Below are positions 62,416 to 64,000 of a DNA stretch of 64,000 nt, in pieces. The notes under the pieces are model-generated. The model did not search any database. It saw nothing but the letters and a program-made list of their open reading frames with translations, and was not told the DNA's origin. The position numbers and the translations under genes were made by a program. Origin of the DNA: Candidatus Altimarinota bacterium (GTDB taxonomy: Bacteria > Patescibacteriota > Gracilibacteria > UBA4473); NCBI GenBank assembly GCA_965231215.1, contig OZ246423.1, positions 854,699 through 918,698 of the forward strand, in the 5' to 3' direction. The first letter of the stretch is position 1; each line of letters begins with the position of its first letter.

Positions 62416-64000
62416 TTAGTTTTTACGGCAATAGAGTACGGCGACATTCTTTGGTCGGGTTTCAGCGCCACCAACGGCGTTTGATGCATTCGCAATGACG
62501 CCGTTATTATAGCCTCGTTGATAATGCCCGCCAAAGGACCAACCGCTGCCATTATAGGAATTTTGCGGAATATGCTCGTGTGACTTAAATTCATCTTCTT
62601 GCGTGCTTCCCGGCGCTCTCACCCCGCCAGGGTCAATGGTTCCGGTGCTGTCAATACCCCGCAAGAAGCGTCCGCGTGCAGCGGTATATTCGCTCCATCC
62701 AGCAGGGCAGGACGTCAAGTCAAACGCCTGAATCTCTCCAGAAATTCGGCCGCCACCCGAACTGCCGCCGGAGCTGCCGAAATAGCCACAACGGCCCTCA
62801 TCACAAATATCGGCCAAATCCACACCGGCACCATCCGTGGCACCACAACGGGTGCTTAAACCACTAATACCAGAAATATTTCCAGTTCCATCAAAGGCGA
62901 TATACCGATTAAAATTCCCTACAATTGCATACCAAACCGAGTCATTCTTGTGTTCCGACATAACCAGAATCTGACCCCATGTTCCCGAGCTGTAATTACA
63001 CATCAAGTAATCCGGCCACTTCGAAACACCCGCAGGCGCGACCGGTAACTTCAGTGTCGACGCAAGATTAGACCCCGCGATAGCATCAGAAATAGCCGCC
63101 CCCGAACTCGAACCCGACCCGCCGCCGGGTACAACTTTATATACCTTATAATCCACCGTGCCGCCGCAGCCTGCATTGTTGTAGATGGTCATGGAGATTT
63201 TACTCGAGCCATCCGTTCCAAAGGTGGCGTACATATAGCCGCAGCCTGCCGTGCTATAGGTCGGTTCAAGTGCGGCGATGTATTCGTAACCGTTTGCTAG
63301 CCCCGTTACGGCAGAGGCGTATGAATTACCTGGGACAGTGGCGGTACCGGACGCTACTTCTTCCAGCCCCAGTGCGCTGCCACCCCCCGAACTCGACCCG
63401 CCGCCACCGAAATAGATGACTTTACCTTCGCTGATGAGCGTATCTATCGATTTGCCGTTACAGTCTGAGCCGGTGGCATGCGTCTGATAAGCCGCAGTCT
63501 GCGCCTTAGTCGTGGGATGGAAGATGAACTGCGCATTGTCCGAATCACTCGGGTCGGAATTCGCGACATAATAGACGCCGTTGGTTGCGTGGTCATGATC
63601 GGCGATAAACATTCGTGTGTAGCCATTTTGCGTACATTTTAGCGCATCCGGCCAGCCGGATTTGAACACACCGGTTGGTGTGCTCGAACTCGACGAACCC
63701 GAGCTGCCGCCGACTTTAAAGCCGGAGAAATGGGATTCCCTTACGGTTCGTGCGGTGCCGCCATTGTGATAGACAATGACTTCAACCACATCATTGGCAT
63801 TGAGATAGGCTATTCCAGAACAGCTAAATGCTCCTGAATTGCCTGACACTGTGGTGTTATGTCGCGCATAACAAATACTATCTGCTGCCGCGGATTTGCC
63901 AGCATGATTCTTCTGAATTCTAATGATTTGATCGGAGCCAGAGGCCTCAATTTCAGCAGAGGCGTTAAATTGGTAAAAACCTGTTGACGGCACGGTAAAT
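62416..64000 (-). CDS. Multi-domain protein with a C-terminal phage tail-collar domain. The 5' end lies outside the window.
   Basis: Globular segments are joined by Gly/Ser linkers (GGSSGSSSSS, GGGGSSSGGGS, GGGSGSSSG, SSGGSSGGG). The last 109 aa (62419-62745) read GEIQAF ... CPAGW ... RGRFLRG ... GSTQEDEFKSHEH ... ETRPKNVAVLYC, like the Collar domain. The reading frame stays open to the window edge. Confidence 0.7.
   Translation of the reverse strand, partial: FTVPSTGFYQFNASAEIEASGSDQIIRIQKNHAGKSAAADSICYARHNTTVSGNSGAFSCSGIAYLNANDVVEVIVYHNGGTARTVRESHFSGFKVGGSSGSSSSSTPTGVFKSGWPDALKCTQNGYTRMFIADHDHATNGVYYVANSDPSDSDNAQFIFHPTTKAQTAAYQTHATGSDCNGKSIDTLISEGKVIYFGGGGSSSGGGSALGLEEVASGTATVPGNSYASAVTGLANGYEYIAALEPTYSTAGCGYMYATFGTDGSSKISMTIYNNAGCGGTVDYKVYKVVPGGGSGSSSGAAISDAIAGSNLASTLKLPVAPAGVSKWPDYLMCNYSSGTWGQILVMSEHKNDSVWYAIVGNFNRYIAFDGTGNISGISGLSTRCGATDGAGVDLADICDEGRCGYFGSSGGSSGGGRISGEIQAFDLTSCPAGWSEYTAARGRFLRGIDSTGTIDPGGVRAPGSTQEDEFKSHEHIPQNSYNGSGWSFGGHYQRGYNNGVIANASNAVGGAETRPKNVAVLYCRKN

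Noticed and set aside
56019-64000. A prophage or prophage remnant as the explanation for the tail-fibre, collar and S74 genes.
   Set aside because: No capsid, portal, terminase, tail tube, baseplate, holin or integrase gene is visible in the 8 kb. The gene products carry Sec signal peptides, which phage fibres do not need. This cannot be fully excluded, because the upstream flank lies outside the window.

Overview
This is a 64-kb window of a low-GC bacterial chromosome. Hand counts of typical 60-nt lines give about 40% GC. The standard genetic code applies, since TGA, TAA and TAG all terminate long intact ORFs. The window opens inside the 5' end of a 16S rRNA gene on the minus strand and is then tightly packed with about 75 genes, several with overlapping ends.

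Housekeeping content:
- clpC, dus, a lysS fusion and tuf
- 21 ribosomal protein genes
- guaA, ribD, ribE, rpe, fbp and yidD
- an RseP-like protease, a class A PBP and a MacAB-like efflux set

Structural oddities:
- The S10/spc ribosomal superoperon is broken between rpsC and rplP into two convergent halves: rplP-rplO on + at 19.1-24.3 kb, and rpsJ-rpsC on - at 35.1-31.0 kb. A 6.7-kb wedge carrying a tyrosine recombinase separates them.
- rpmD (L30) is absent and secY does not follow rplO.
- tuf is an isolated unit with its own promoter and terminator. Three unknown plus-strand genes cut it off from rpsJ.
- lysS is fused to DUF2000 and HD domains through a linker made of palindromic repeat-like sequence.

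The missing L30, the compact gene overlaps, the many unknown exported proteins and an orphan T4CP-like ATPase are compatible with a CPR/Patescibacteria-like organism. That assignment is inference only.

The most interesting region is the right end (56.0 to beyond 64.0 kb, minus strand). It holds an operon of exported proteins built from phage-tail-fibre parts:
- a multi-domain tail-collar protein
- two modular fibres with C-terminal S74 self-cleaving chaperone domains
- an RCC1 beta-propeller

The three genes whose N-termini are visible start with Sec-type signal peptides. The two fibre genes share a near-identical promoter plus N-terminal block and an identical internal module. The locus is a strong GC mosaic, with hand-counted lines from 23% to 60% GC. 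I read it as a candidate cell-surface fibre or attachment system with cassette-like diversification, not a prophage.

A second candidate system is a three-gene locus at 10.3-14.9 kb. It encodes leaderless SH3b-like proteins, one with LAS-metallopeptidase-like motifs.
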